Origin: a virus
Reading direction: 5' to 3' (one strand)
Virus record (IMG/VR): IMGVR_UViG_3300020274_000001
Span: 32,001-96,000 of that record
DNA: 64,000 nt
A model generated the notes under the pieces. That model did no database searches, was not told the DNA's origin, and was given only the letters and a program-made list of their open reading frames with translations. Positions 39,920 through 49,915 of this stretch are shown here, in pieces. A program made the position numbers and the translations under genes. The first letter of the stretch is position 1; the number at the start of each line of letters is the position of its first letter.

Positions 39920-40457
39920 CCGCAAATGGTTGAAATACCGAATCCGAGACGAAGACGTTTCCGGAGATGGTGCCTTCCGAAACAAAACATATTCTCTAAG
40001 CGATGGTAGTGAAATGCCGCTATCAAAAGAAGAATGCATGGTAATGATTGTTAGCAGACCTTTCTGCTTGATGTTAGAAAACACATACAATTGCGCCACT
40101 GTTCGATTTTCTTGGGAAGACACGAAGGACATAATCCATCACGGAATACTTGCCTATCGTGTTGATTGGGATTGGAAATACATTCCAGACCACTACACCA
40201 AGCATGAAGACGAACTGTATTACGTCTTCTTGGACCCGGCACAGATATCAATTGATATCTTGGAAGACGTTCTTGGCAACAAAGCATACAGGAACGTTCA
40301 CACTACTACTCTAAAGCAAATCGTTAGTCATATGGAACTGCATGTCGCTTCAGACGGCAAGTTCAGAACGCAACCTTCTGCCATTATGGCAACAGTTGCA
40401 ATGGCTATCGGTATCCAAGAAATGGAAATCGCACAAGTAGTGCGTAACGAGGATTAA
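39912..40457 (+). CDS. Hypothetical protein
   Basis: Overlaps upstream stop. Confidence 0.65.
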   Translation: MVDRKWLKYRIRDEDVSGDGAFRNKTYSLSDGSEMPLSKEECMVMIVSRPFCLMLENTYNCATVRFSWEDTKDIIHHGILAYRVDWDWKYIPDHYTKHEDELYYVFLDPAQISIDILEDVLGNKAYRNVHTTTLKQIVSHMELHVASDGKFRTQPSAIMATVAMAIGIQEMEIAQVVRNED

Positions 40458-40465
40458 TCCTCATA

Positions 40466-40509
40466 GAACCGAACCACATCGAGTGAAATGCAATTATGAT
40501 GAATGGTTC
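40466..40509 (+). ncRNA. TIGR-like guide unit
   Basis: CATCGAGT/ATTATGAT. Confidence 0.85.
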
Positions 40510-40513
40510 ACAG

Positions 40514-40807
40514 ATGGAGCAAAATGCTACCAGCAACGTAGAAGAGCAAGAACCGTCATTCTCACTAAGAGAAGGCGTGCTTTTCTTCCAAGGGAAGATT
40601 CGTGAAACGACTGTTCTCAATAGCGGAGATAACATCCAAGTATGGACAAATGACCGCCGCCGGTCGGGAGAAAATCCTGCAACCGGTAAACCATATCAAG
40701 ACCCAGAACTCTATGTCAAGGTCTTGTCAAAGGAACAACAAGAGAAAGGCAATTTTGCCTCTCGGGTTATTTCTGGACTATGGTCTCGACTTAAACGTCA
40801 AAATTAA
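40514..40807 (+). CDS. Hypothetical protein
   Basis: ACAG-ATG. Confidence 0.6.
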   Translation: MEQNATSNVEEQEPSFSLREGVLFFQGKIRETTVLNSGDNIQVWTNDRRRSGENPATGKPYQDPELYVKVLSKEQQEKGNFASRVISGLWSRLKRQN

Positions 40808-40839
40808 AAACGGTCGCCGATGAGTGACCATAGGATAAC

Positions 40840-41793
40840 ATGACTAAAGATATAGTCAACGGTTTTGGATTCGTCGTTCTCGAGGTTTCCAAAGATGTAA
40901 GGCGGGTAAAAACCAGTGCCTTATTTGATAATCCGAACAGAGGATACAAAGCAAATCCAAAATGGAGCCATTTCATAAAAGGTGTAAGCCCGTCAAAGGT
41001 TTGGACCGACATCGGTGGCCCTGCGACGGTAATATTTCAGTTGAATAACTATGTTGTCACAAAAGGCAACAGAATGGTTCCCTGTATTGTTTCAGTCGAC
41101 AGAAGCCTAACCAACAGCGGAGATTCTGTCGGTGGGTGGAAGATATTTGGCTTTGTTAGGTTCACAATAGAATTTGAAGGTAAGACTTTCAAGAAGTGGG
41201 CCATGGTTCATGGTGGATGGGGAGATAACAAACTCATCTCATACAAGTGGGCCGACGCTGTTCAAAGCGCACAGTGTTCAAAAATTACGAGAAATGTGAA
41301 TCACAAAACACATCTCATTGCACCAAAGGAAAGTGGAAACCCCGGAGCCAATCTGGTCCCAAGGGCTACTGACTTGGTGAAAGAACCTGTGCAGAAAGCG
41401 ACTTTCGTTGCAGAAAGTAAGCGTAAATCTCTCGGAATGAAGAGAGTAAAAGCAGGCAACAGAACGTTTGTCAAAATCAGCGACGCTGATAGACTAATTG
41501 ATGTCGAAGCAGGCAACATGTCTAAATTGATGGTTCCGGGTTTCCAAAGCCCGGTATTCAATGTAAGGTCGACAACTACGTTCAGAGAAGACAAAGATGA
41601 CAACAAAGTCTTCTCTCTAACTGCTGGAAGATGGATGTGCGAACAAGGTGAAGGAACCTATCAGAACATCGAAATCTTCGACATTGCGTTTGGAGCCGCT
41701 CACCGTGCATCGGTGTCCGTGGCTTCTACCCCTGCAAAGAAAGATATTCAGAAGAAGCGTTTCAAGAACAAGAACGTATTCCGAAGACTGTGA
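40840..41793 (+). CDS. Hypothetical protein
   Basis: 317-aa ORF. Confidence 0.75.
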   Translation: MTKDIVNGFGFVVLEVSKDVRRVKTSALFDNPNRGYKANPKWSHFIKGVSPSKVWTDIGGPATVIFQLNNYVVTKGNRMVPCIVSVDRSLTNSGDSVGGWKIFGFVRFTIEFEGKTFKKWAMVHGGWGDNKLISYKWADAVQSAQCSKITRNVNHKTHLIAPKESGNPGANLVPRATDLVKEPVQKATFVAESKRKSLGMKRVKAGNRTFVKISDADRLIDVEAGNMSKLMVPGFQSPVFNVRSTTTFREDKDDNKVFSLTAGRWMCEQGEGTYQNIEIFDIAFGAAHRASVSVASTPAKKDIQKKRFKNKNVFRRL

Positions 41794-41809
41794 AGGCCAA
41801 GTGGCCATA

Positions 41810-41899
41810 GAGCGAAACAGGGTATGCGAAATACATGATGGATGAACGCTCATAGAACCAAACCCAACGAAACTGAAATACAAGTAAGTCGTATGGTTC
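41810..41899 (+). ncRNA. TIGR-like guides, 2 units
   Basis: GGGTATGC/TGATGGAT; ACGAAACT/AGTAAGTC. Confidence 0.85.
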
Positions 41900-41903
41900 A
41901 CAG

Positions 41904-42119
41904 ATGACCAAGAAAATATGGTCTTGCGATGTTATACTCCACTACAAAATATTGGGGTATGACGATAAGACATTCTTGAAGAAGAAGTTTGAGAATGTCA
42001 TGGGAAGCAACCCAAATGAGTGCTACGGTAAAGCCGTAGAGATGCTCAAAGAACAATTCAAAGAAGAGGAAGGTCTCGAAATACTCGGAGGCTCTGCTTC
42101 TTTCAATTTCGAGGAATAG
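41904..42119 (+). CDS. Hypothetical protein
   Basis: ACAG-ATG. Confidence 0.6.
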   Translation: MTKKIWSCDVILHYKILGYDDKTFLKKKFENVMGSNPNECYGKAVEMLKEQFKEEEGLEILGGSASFNFEE

Positions 42120-42127
42120 TCCTCATA

Positions 42128-42171
42128 GAACCGAAACATGGTGCGAGAATTATAGCCGGCGCGTATGGTTC
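42128..42171 (+). ncRNA. TIGR-like guide unit
   Basis: TGGTGCGA/GCCGGCGC. Confidence 0.8.
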
Positions 42172-42175
42172 ACAG

Positions 42176-42628
42176 ATGACACAGAGCGACTGTGACACAA
42201 ACTGTCTTGACTGCTATTGTCAAGATTGTGGAGAACCTTGGCCAGAAGGGTCAGAGTTCAAACTAAGCGAAGGCTGTAAAGCCTACAAAGGTAAATTTTA
42301 CATCGAGCGAGAATGCTCTAAATGCGTTACCTCTGTCTCCATCCTTTGGTATGATAGAGAGTATGATAAGCAATCTTATGATAAGATGAGAAGCAAACTT
42401 GAACGACTTGAAAGAGACTACTACGTTGGTTGGGTAAACATACCAAAAGACGATAGTAGCGACACAGAAAGATGTCGGGTTCTAAAAGCACGATGCAAAC
42501 AGTGCAACACACATTTCATTGAGTTAGAAAGAAATCAAGAAATCGTTATGTGTGCTGGTTGTGAATTGATGCCACGAAAGCACCTCGTCATGGAAGACGG
42601 GGCGTGGCTTACTGACGCTTGGACTTAA
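42176..42628 (+). CDS. Cys-rich Zn-finger protein
   Basis: Multiple CxxC. Confidence 0.65.
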   Translation: MTQSDCDTNCLDCYCQDCGEPWPEGSEFKLSEGCKAYKGKFYIERECSKCVTSVSILWYDREYDKQSYDKMRSKLERLERDYYVGWVNIPKDDSSDTERCRVLKARCKQCNTHFIELERNQEIVMCAGCELMPRKHLVMEDGAWLTDAWT

Positions 42629-42637
42629 TGTCCTTAG

Positions 42638-44023
42638 ATGTCTGAAGAGACTCAAAACAACTCTCCGAGTAACGACTCGGGGGGATATGTATCCTCCAAT
42701 GCGAGGAATACAACAGTAGCGATGCTCGGGCACATGGTCACACTAAAGATGGCCGAGAAAGCAGATTGCGCATATTCAAATGATTTTGAATCAGCAGTCG
42801 AGCAAGCAAAGAGCATCGGTCTTGGGCGCAAACACCTTGCGATACCACGTTTTGGAAGTGACGCATTCCGTGTCGCTCTAAGAACACTCAAGACGAACCC
42901 ACATGAGGTAACAGTGCCTCTTGACCAAGGGATAGCCTACGACAATATGCGTTGCAAAGTATGGTATGATACTGTGAACATGGGTAGAGAATACGTTGTT
43001 CGCAGACACACTACTGGCCTTGTAAACGGCAAAGAAGAACACGATATGGACAAATTGTATCGTGTCTCGTATCGGGCGGCAAGCGGAGACGTGATTGCCC
43101 GAACACATCACAGAGCATACGTGAAGCGTGCTTGGGAAGGGGCAGAGTCCTTGACCGAAGCAGAGCAAGCGGCTCTTGATAGTGACAACGGTGTTGATAA
43201 TATCGAGATTGAACCTTATGACGAAGGTAACGTTATCGATATGTCAACAATGCAGAAATTCTTGGAGGCTGTAAGAGGTCGATACCAAGAGGAGTGCACC
43301 CGTATTGATACGAGAAGGTGGCGGATACAAATCCGTAAGATTCTGGATAAAGAACTGAATGCGATTCCGTTTACTGCGGTTCGCGGTGCGGTTATCATTC
43401 CAGACACCAGAAGTAGTGAAGAAGCCAAAGATGCAGACGGAAAGCGAACCTCTCCGCCGTATCTTGACACACTTGACGCACTGAACACACTGATGTATTG
43501 GTTCGGAACAGGGGCAACCCTTACTACCGGAACAGTGCAGTTTGAAGATGAAGTGATTCCGGGTCTTGACCCAGAAGAAACCGAAGATAATACAGTCGTA
43601 GCAACGATTGTTGAAAACGTTCAAAATCTCAATGTTTCGCCTTGTCAGATGACCGTAATGGGATACATCGACGACGCGGCTCAAAGAGCGGACCTTGAAA
43701 GAGAGATGACTCATCACGTCAACGAGAAGTTGAATGAGTATCTTAACGAGTTTACTAACACCTTGTCTCGTCTTAATGACGACGACCAAGAGGACGTAAA
43801 CAAAGCAATCAGAAAGTTCGCCAAGCGCAAAGAAAAGATGCAGAGTATGCTGAAGTTCTATTGTGGCGGAGATTTCGTAAACAACGTCGGTATTGACTCC
43901 ACCATTGGAGGAGATGACCGTCTTTCGGGATTGAGAACACGAATTAACAACCTTGGTTCTGGAACAGGAATCAATGTTAACGGACTTCGTGAACTCGTCG
44001 ACTTCGAACAATCGGACCAATGA
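42638..44023 (+). CDS. Hypothetical protein (DUF6744-like)
   Basis: 461-aa ORF; DAFR.A, GAV.IP patterns. Confidence 0.7.
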   Translation: MSEETQNNSPSNDSGGYVSSNARNTTVAMLGHMVTLKMAEKADCAYSNDFESAVEQAKSIGLGRKHLAIPRFGSDAFRVALRTLKTNPHEVTVPLDQGIAYDNMRCKVWYDTVNMGREYVVRRHTTGLVNGKEEHDMDKLYRVSYRAASGDVIARTHHRAYVKRAWEGAESLTEAEQAALDSDNGVDNIEIEPYDEGNVIDMSTMQKFLEAVRGRYQEECTRIDTRRWRIQIRKILDKELNAIPFTAVRGAVIIPDTRSSEEAKDADGKRTSPPYLDTLDALNTLMYWFGTGATLTTGTVQFEDEVIPGLDPEETEDNTVVATIVENVQNLNVSPCQMTVMGYIDDAAQRADLEREMTHHVNEKLNEYLNEFTNTLSRLNDDDQEDVNKAIRKFAKRKEKMQSMLKFYCGGDFVNNVGIDSTIGGDDRLSGLRTRINNLGSGTGINVNGLRELVDFEQSDQ

Positions 44024-44032
44024 GGTCCATAG

Positions 44033-44422
44033 ATGTCTACTCAAGACAGAATCAAACGCCCTAACGGGGCGGAATGGGACACGGTGAAGTTCGCCTGTCC
44101 CAATTGTGGAGCGACACGACATTTCGCATTCCACATGATTGATGACGAGCAACATTTCGTGATGAAGTGTCATAACATGATTGCAACATACATGATTTGC
44201 ACATGGCAATCAGAACGCTACACTCACCTCCCATCTGATGTGGAGGCACCAGAATGGCCGTTTGAGCCTGTCGTAGACGACACTCAAACAGTCGAAGTGC
44301 TCGTTCCTATCGATGACGATGGGAAGATTATAGCGGAAGTTGCAGACTTCCGTGGAAAAGATTGTGACGTTGTTCTTCCAGAAGTCGCCAATTCGCTTGG
44401 CAACATAACAGAAGAACGCTGA
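44033..44422 (+). CDS. Zn-ribbon plus DUF2997-like protein
   Basis: CPNC; IDDDGKIIAEVADFRGKDC...LG. Confidence 0.6.
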   Translation: MSTQDRIKRPNGAEWDTVKFACPNCGATRHFAFHMIDDEQHFVMKCHNMIATYMICTWQSERYTHLPSDVEAPEWPFEPVVDDTQTVEVLVPIDDDGKIIAEVADFRGKDCDVVLPEVANSLGNITEER

Positions 44423-44499
44423 CGGCCTTACGGCCATAGGAGAGGAGGGCTATGATAATAACCGATGACGATTGGGTCATGGTGCCATAATCTCCCCAG

Positions 44500-44994
44500 A
44501 TGTCAAACGAAAGGATTGACCTTAATCAGTTTGAAGCAATAACCAAAGGAAAATGGGAAGTGATTAACCTTCCCGGCGGAGGAATTGACATTGGCGTTAG
44601 ATACACTAACCATGGACATAAGCCAATAGTCAACTTCACCCAGCGCATGGGAGAGCAAGTCAGCAAAATCGAACGCGATGTTGCAGACATGAACGCTATT
44701 GCCGCAGTTCCCGAACTAATTGCTGAACTGAAAGACTTGAGGTGGAAACACATGCAAGTCCTAAGAGAGAGAAAAGACTTGCGAGACGAAGGTCTTCGCT
44801 TGGCTAAGAAACTTGATTCCGAACGAAATCGGATAGAGACTCTTATCGACGCTTTGCGATTTATACGAGATGACTTGAACGAGGCAATCGCTCAAGGACA
44901 TCTGCCAATCACATCTACGAATGGGATTGATGCTACGAAGATTCGTAACTTCGCAAACGGATGCTACACGTTGAGTAGCAACTCTCGGTCTTAA
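44500..44994 (+). CDS. Hypothetical protein (phage Ead/Ea22-like)
   Basis: T.GKW...AIAAVPELIAEL. Confidence 0.6.
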   Translation: MSNERIDLNQFEAITKGKWEVINLPGGGIDIGVRYTNHGHKPIVNFTQRMGEQVSKIERDVADMNAIAAVPELIAELKDLRWKHMQVLRERKDLRDEGLRLAKKLDSERNRIETLIDALRFIRDDLNEAIAQGHLPITSTNGIDATKIRNFANGCYTLSSNSRS

Positions 44995-45003
44995 CGGCCA
45001 TAG

Positions 45004-45186
45004 ATGGACATAATGGGTATCATCATGTTAGTGCTAACATACACGCTGATAGGCTTCGGCTTTGCGTGTGGTTTCGCACTATTCCGTTGGGTTTCCGCCA
45101 AAAGAAAATCCAACAAAAAAAAGAAATCTGGTTCGACTGCTCCCCAAGAATCACAATGGGAGAGAATAAGAAACCGGATTCCTTAG
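45004..45186 (+). CDS. Small membrane protein
   Basis: One TM helix plus basic tail. Confidence 0.55.
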   Translation: MDIMGIIMLVLTYTLIGFGFACGFALFRWVSAKRKSNKKKKSGSTAPQESQWERIRNRIP

Positions 45187-45200
45187 AGCACTTGCTCATA

Positions 45201-46461
45201 GGACGCTGAACCAAGGAAAACGAGGGCGCAAGCCCGATGACCTTGATTCGCAATCGCACGCTCGCGTCAAGAACGAGCGGCGACATAAAACGCAAAAATA
45301 CACGCATTCGCGCTCACGTGCGATTGCGAATACAGTTGCAATGAAAAAAAAAGTGAAAGGAGAATATAGGTGCGGCACTCTGCGTGCTGACCAATTCTGC
45401 TTGCTGGGAACTGTTGGACAATGGTCCACACGGTCCGTGTGAAGCAGCACTGGAGGCGATGTATTATGGCTATCGAGCCATCATCGCTGACAAACATATT
45501 CTATCACAGATGGATACTTCCACTGGAAGTTCCGGAATCATTGCCCAACCTTGCGTTCACTAATCTGAGGTCTGGGAAATATTTCCCCCGACCGGTCGAC
45601 CGATGGAATTCTTCTTTACAGGTGTTCCATGGTGGCTAATTAGTGATGAAACATATTCTAACACGAATGTGCCCTCAGTAAGTAGAGACTACTCAACTTG
45701 CGTTGCAAGAAGATGTCAAATTTGACAAAAATCTTGGGACTGAAAATGAGAGAGCGCATTCAATACCCAATCACACCGCTACTCATTGCAGAGTAGTTCG
45801 GAGAAAACCCAGAGCAATCTGGAGTATACTCAGGGGATTGGCGATAGAACATAGTCTAAGTCGTAATCCGTGCCTATGAGCACGAGATGCTGAAGAATAA
45901 CCAGAATATTTTCTGGTCACCGACGAAAATTTTCGGAATTAACTGTCCGCATATGCGGACTGATTTACGAACGTAATTGGGACCAACATCCGCAATGGAC
46001 GACGTCAGTCGTCAATATAAGGCTGATTTGGATGAGAAACATATTCTAAAGCATTTAAGTCTGGGTAAACCAGACCGGATACAGCCGAATAACAGCAGAA
46101 AATTCATATGAATTATTTTGCTATTCCAAAATCGATACGATATTTCTTGCTACCCTTATTGGGGATAAAGGAACGAAGGTGAGGACTCACCTCTTTCTCT
46201 ACGTTAAAGTAGACAGAATATCTGACAAACATGTTCTAAGACAAATAAGGACTCTATCTGGATGCGGTTACGAAGTAATCGATTACCCGGGTAGAAACTC
46301 AGTTCGTGGTGTTGTCCAACTACCATACCAATGACTAACCACTTTTCCAAGTGGAGTTCCTCGTTGGGTGGTAGATGAGACACCGAATATGACCAAAGCG
46401 AATACGATGGAACGGTAGGGTTGACCCCCTTTACCGATTTCCTCCTTGGGGAAAGGCGTCC
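45201..46461 (+). ncRNA. Putative 1.26-kb end-paired non-coding cassette
   Basis: Ends GGACGCT..CCAAGG / CCTTGG..GGCGTCC pair; flanked by ATA and CCA-G. Confidence 0.5.
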
Positions 46462-46464
46462 CCA

Positions 46465-46508
46465 GAACCGAACCAATGCAAATGAAATGCATCTTGCCCG
46501 TATGGTTC
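46465..46508 (+). ncRNA. TIGR-like guide unit
   Basis: ATGCAAAT/TCTTGCCC. Confidence 0.85.
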
Positions 46509-46513
46509 ACAGA

Positions 46514-47242
46514 ATGGGATTTGAAATACACCCAGCAGGGAGACCAGACTACCAAGCCAAACTTACGGTTTGGGAATGGAGCCGGTTTCTCGACTTGCTT
46601 CTGCATTCGGCAGGAGCAATAAGCATGGAGCAGATGTTGAACAATATTGTTCATATCTCCATGATGGAGGCACAAGCACTTAATCACGGTAAGAGCGACG
46701 AAGAAATCGCTAACTTTGATGTGACTGAATACAAGAAAAATGTAGAAGTCGTAAAGAAGGCTGACCGTTCAAAAATGGAACTGATTGACGAAAATATGCC
46801 AGACGGCAGTAGAATGTTCATCGGTGCTAAATTGATGCTGAAAAAAGGCACTCCAGAAAAAGCAATAGATTCAATGGTCGAAATGGTGGCCGTTTCTGTT
46901 GCTTGCTTCCAACATATGGAAGACAAGATGTTTGCGGCGAGGGAAACAGTCCCTTGCTTTCGAGCGTTTGGACAAAACGGACTGACGGTCAAAGGAGATG
47001 ACATTTGGGCAATCTATGATTGCATGAATAACTTCTTTGGTAACGACGTTCCAGACCTATTGAGAATGATGGAATTTCCTAACAAGAAGAGAGTTATTCC
47101 TAAATTATCTGATAAAGACAGTAAAGCGTTTGTTGAATTTATCAAGGAAAATATCCAACCGCACGACGTAGAAAATTGGCCCCGATTATTCGGAGTCATT
47201 TGTCAAGCACTTGGTGATGAGGATGACCTCATCATATTGTAG
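46514..47242 (+). CDS. Hypothetical protein
   Basis: ACAGA-ATG. Confidence 0.7.
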   Translation: MGFEIHPAGRPDYQAKLTVWEWSRFLDLLLHSAGAISMEQMLNNIVHISMMEAQALNHGKSDEEIANFDVTEYKKNVEVVKKADRSKMELIDENMPDGSRMFIGAKLMLKKGTPEKAIDSMVEMVAVSVACFQHMEDKMFAARETVPCFRAFGQNGLTVKGDDIWAIYDCMNNFFGNDVPDLLRMMEFPNKKRVIPKLSDKDSKAFVEFIKENIQPHDVENWPRLFGVICQALGDEDDLIIL

Positions 47243-47256
47243 GCCAAAGGGCCATA

Positions 47257-47300
47257 GAACCGAACCATGGACGCTGTATTGTATATCCCCCGTGTGGTTC
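47257..47300 (+). ncRNA. TIGR-like guide unit
   Basis: TGGACGCT/TATCCCCC. Confidence 0.8.
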
Positions 47301-47304
47301 ATAG

Positions 47305-47628
47305 ATGTGGAATAATACTCCCATGGTAAAGGATGATGGTCAACACATTATCCTAATTACCGGTGACGTCGAAGAAGACGAGGCCGGATGGATTGTGGCA
47401 GAAATGCCTTATCCAGATGAAGAGACGTTGCGTCTCGAACAACAGAAGAGAGCCATGATGATTAGTGGCCTACCTCTTGCTTACAAAGTCTTACAAGACA
47501 TCAGAGAAGATGCACTTAGGATGATGGAAGGTAGTAGTGGACATTTTGCCCACCTCAATACCTTCGTGCTACAAGCAGAACGAGCCTTGGCATTCATGCC
47601 GTGGCTTGACGAGGAAAAGGAGGAATAA
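47305..47628 (+). CDS. Hypothetical protein
   Basis: ATAG-ATG. Confidence 0.6.
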   Translation: MWNNTPMVKDDGQHIILITGDVEEDEAGWIVAEMPYPDEETLRLEQQKRAMMISGLPLAYKVLQDIREDALRMMEGSSGHFAHLNTFVLQAERALAFMPWLDEEKEE

Positions 47629-47636
47629 CCTCCATA

Positions 47637-47681
47637 GAACCTAAACACAGACAAGGAAGTGCATTGAAGCATGAAAGGTTC
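47637..47681 (+). ncRNA. TIGR-like guide unit
   Basis: CAGACAAG/TTGAAGCAT. Confidence 0.8.
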
Positions 47682-47685
47682 ACAG

Positions 47686-47967
47686 ATGGACGACAGTTTT
47701 GACGAACTGTATGATTTTCTTTTTCGAGACGCCGCCAATACACTTGGTAAACACGGAAGATTTGTTCCAAAGGTGTCTCAAAAAATGCAATCACTAAGCC
47801 CCATGTTAGGGGTTATAGCAATGTCAATGGCTCTTATTGAAGAAGAAGACCAATACCGTGTTGGCTTCGGCAGAATGTTTGTCGTAGCCCACGCAACAGC
47901 ATTGCAATTATCGACATTAATTACTATTGACTCAATGGAATTATTGCTCGATGAAGCGGACAGATAG
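47686..47967 (+). CDS. Hypothetical protein
   Basis: ACAG-ATG. Confidence 0.6.
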   Translation: MDDSFDELYDFLFRDAANTLGKHGRFVPKVSQKMQSLSPMLGVIAMSMALIEEEDQYRVGFGRMFVVAHATALQLSTLITIDSMELLLDEADR

Positions 47968-47974
47968 TCCATAG

Positions 47975-48337
47975 ATGCAACCTACAATTGCAGAATACCT
48001 CACTATTAGGAGGTCAAGAGACAGGGAAATTAGTAGTCCCTATCTCTCAATGAACAACGACGGCGAAGTGCTATACAAGTATGCCATTAATGGCGACTTT
48101 TCTATCATTGAGCAAATGTGCCGCGATTTTGTAAAAGAATTATATGAAGATGATAATGGACCCGAATTGCTCCGTCTTTACGACACAGGAGTTAACTTCG
48201 TAGTGTATCATTTGATTCGAGCGTGGAACATATGGCATGAGCGAACAGGCAACGTTAATCATAGCCTATCGGTCATGATGTTCGACAAAAAGAATGGCAA
48301 ATGGATTGAAAACATTTGGTATACAAACCGGCTGTGA
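47975..48337 (+). CDS. Hypothetical protein
   Basis: ATAG-ATG. Confidence 0.6.
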   Translation: MQPTIAEYLTIRRSRDREISSPYLSMNNDGEVLYKYAINGDFSIIEQMCRDFVKELYEDDNGPELLRLYDTGVNFVVYHLIRAWNIWHERTGNVNHSLSVMMFDKKNGKWIENIWYTNRL

Positions 48338-48346
48338 TGGCCATAG

Positions 48347-48589
48347 ATGGGGACTGAAAGGTTCACACTACACCGACCCGGTGGACACCAAGAACAACAT
48401 AACGTAAACTACGTTTCTGGTGAACTCTCACACGACAACGGTGTTGCTTGCATCAATCTTTCAATGATTGGGCGAGGCTTTGAGGGGACTCTGAGAATAG
48501 GGTATGATGGCAATAAAATCATTATATTCCTAAAAGATTCAGAGAAAGAATCTCACGTGATACACATGTATCCTAAAACCGAGGAATAA
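48347..48589 (+). CDS. Hypothetical protein
   Basis: ATAG-ATG. Confidence 0.6.
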   Translation: MGTERFTLHRPGGHQEQHNVNYVSGELSHDNGVACINLSMIGRGFEGTLRIGYDGNKIIIFLKDSEKESHVIHMYPKTEE

Positions 48590-48598
48590 TTCCTCATA

Positions 48599-48687
48599 GA
48601 GCAAAACATGGTGACTGAATTGCAGTTTAAAAGAACGCTCATAGAACCGAACCAAGTCAGATGAATTGTAAAAACGTTGATTGGTTC
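48599..48687 (+). ncRNA. TIGR-like guides, 2 units
   Basis: TGGTGACT/GTTTAAAA; AGTCAGAT/AAAACGTT. Confidence 0.85.
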
Positions 48688-48691
48688 ACAG

Positions 48692-49903
48692 ATGAATTGG
48701 CGTGAAGAACACACGCAATGTCTACACCGTAAGAAAGACGGAACCCGTTGTCAACTTGACACGGCTCCCGGAGATTACGTGTGTGGACATCACACCATCG
48801 GTCTCGAAGACATCTTTGAGGACCCGATGGCAGTAGTCGCTAAATTCCGACTATACTTCCCGAAGAATCACCACCCAGCATGTGACAGGAAAGGACAGAA
48901 CGATTGTGATTGTCCAGACCGCACATTTGGGGAACTTCTCGGGCTTGCCTACAAGCGAGCCGCAATCACCAGCCTGCAAAGGACAAGGTTGCACCGAGCA
49001 ATGGTTCGAGCGGAAATGCGAGACAGGACTCGATTGATTCGAGCCTATTACAACTCGATAACGGAAGACGACTTGTGGTTAGGAATGCCTAACCCCAAGT
49101 GGCGACAAATTCGATACTTCGTATGGAACGATAATGAGGAGCGAATGATAGTGAAGAAGCACGATAGAAGCATAAGAACAAAGAAACAATTGCTTGACCT
49201 GCTACGACGCGAAGCACCTCATCACGTTTACTACACCACCTCACAATGGAGAAATCCAGCAGAGGTTGGTCCCGACCCGTTCTCTAAATCGGGTCGAGAC
49301 AAATACATCAAGAAGAATGCAAAGAGACTTGCTAAGAAGGAAGGCTCGAAAGACAAAGGTCGTATCAAAGCATTGATGCATCCTGTGTCGAAGTGGTCAG
49401 ATTATGGCAACGCATTCATTGAACAGGAACTCTATTTCGACGTTGATTACGAAATGGAAACTTTCCAAGAGTCAGCCGAAGAAACATTGAGGTTGGCTGA
49501 ATTCTATGAGACCGTAGAATTTGCAGACTGTGAGAAAGACATACGATTTGTCTTCTCTGGTGGCAAAGGGTTTCACATGATTGATTACGGATTCAGTATC
49601 CGAAGAGCCGTTGGTGAGAAAAACTACGGCACGAGAATCAAGAACATATTGGAAGGTGAAAAGGCAAGGAGTGGACTGATGAAAGGTCACGCCTTCGCCG
49701 CCATGAAGATAAGTCGTAACGTTAAGAAGCGACTCATCAAGAAAATCAGAAAGAAAGGAATCCTACTTGATTACGAAGTGACCGTCGACCCTCGACGAAT
49801 CATTCGACTACCCGGTTCAATACACGGAAAACGTGGACGGGTTTGTAGATTGATAACCAAAGAGGACTTGACGGATTTCGACCCCGGACCTACCTTATGG
49901 TAA
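48692..49903 (+). CDS. Archaeo-eukaryotic primase small subunit-like (AEP) with N-terminal Zn motif
   Basis: ELYFDVD, FSGGKGFH, D..VT.D..RIIRLPGS.H. Confidence 0.85.
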   Translation: MNWREEHTQCLHRKKDGTRCQLDTAPGDYVCGHHTIGLEDIFEDPMAVVAKFRLYFPKNHHPACDRKGQNDCDCPDRTFGELLGLAYKRAAITSLQRTRLHRAMVRAEMRDRTRLIRAYYNSITEDDLWLGMPNPKWRQIRYFVWNDNEERMIVKKHDRSIRTKKQLLDLLRREAPHHVYYTTSQWRNPAEVGPDPFSKSGRDKYIKKNAKRLAKKEGSKDKGRIKALMHPVSKWSDYGNAFIEQELYFDVDYEMETFQESAEETLRLAEFYETVEFADCEKDIRFVFSGGKGFHMIDYGFSIRRAVGEKNYGTRIKNILEGEKARSGLMKGHAFAAMKISRNVKKRLIKKIRKKGILLDYEVTVDPRRIIRLPGSIHGKRGRVCRLITKEDLTDFDPGPTLW

Positions 49904-49915
49904 ATAGGTCATAGA

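Noticed and set aside
43244-44209. Long antisense ORFs (e.g. 321 aa here, and those inside polB, rpo1 and mcm)
   Set aside because: Shadows of well-supported genes on the opposite strand with no recognisable motifs.
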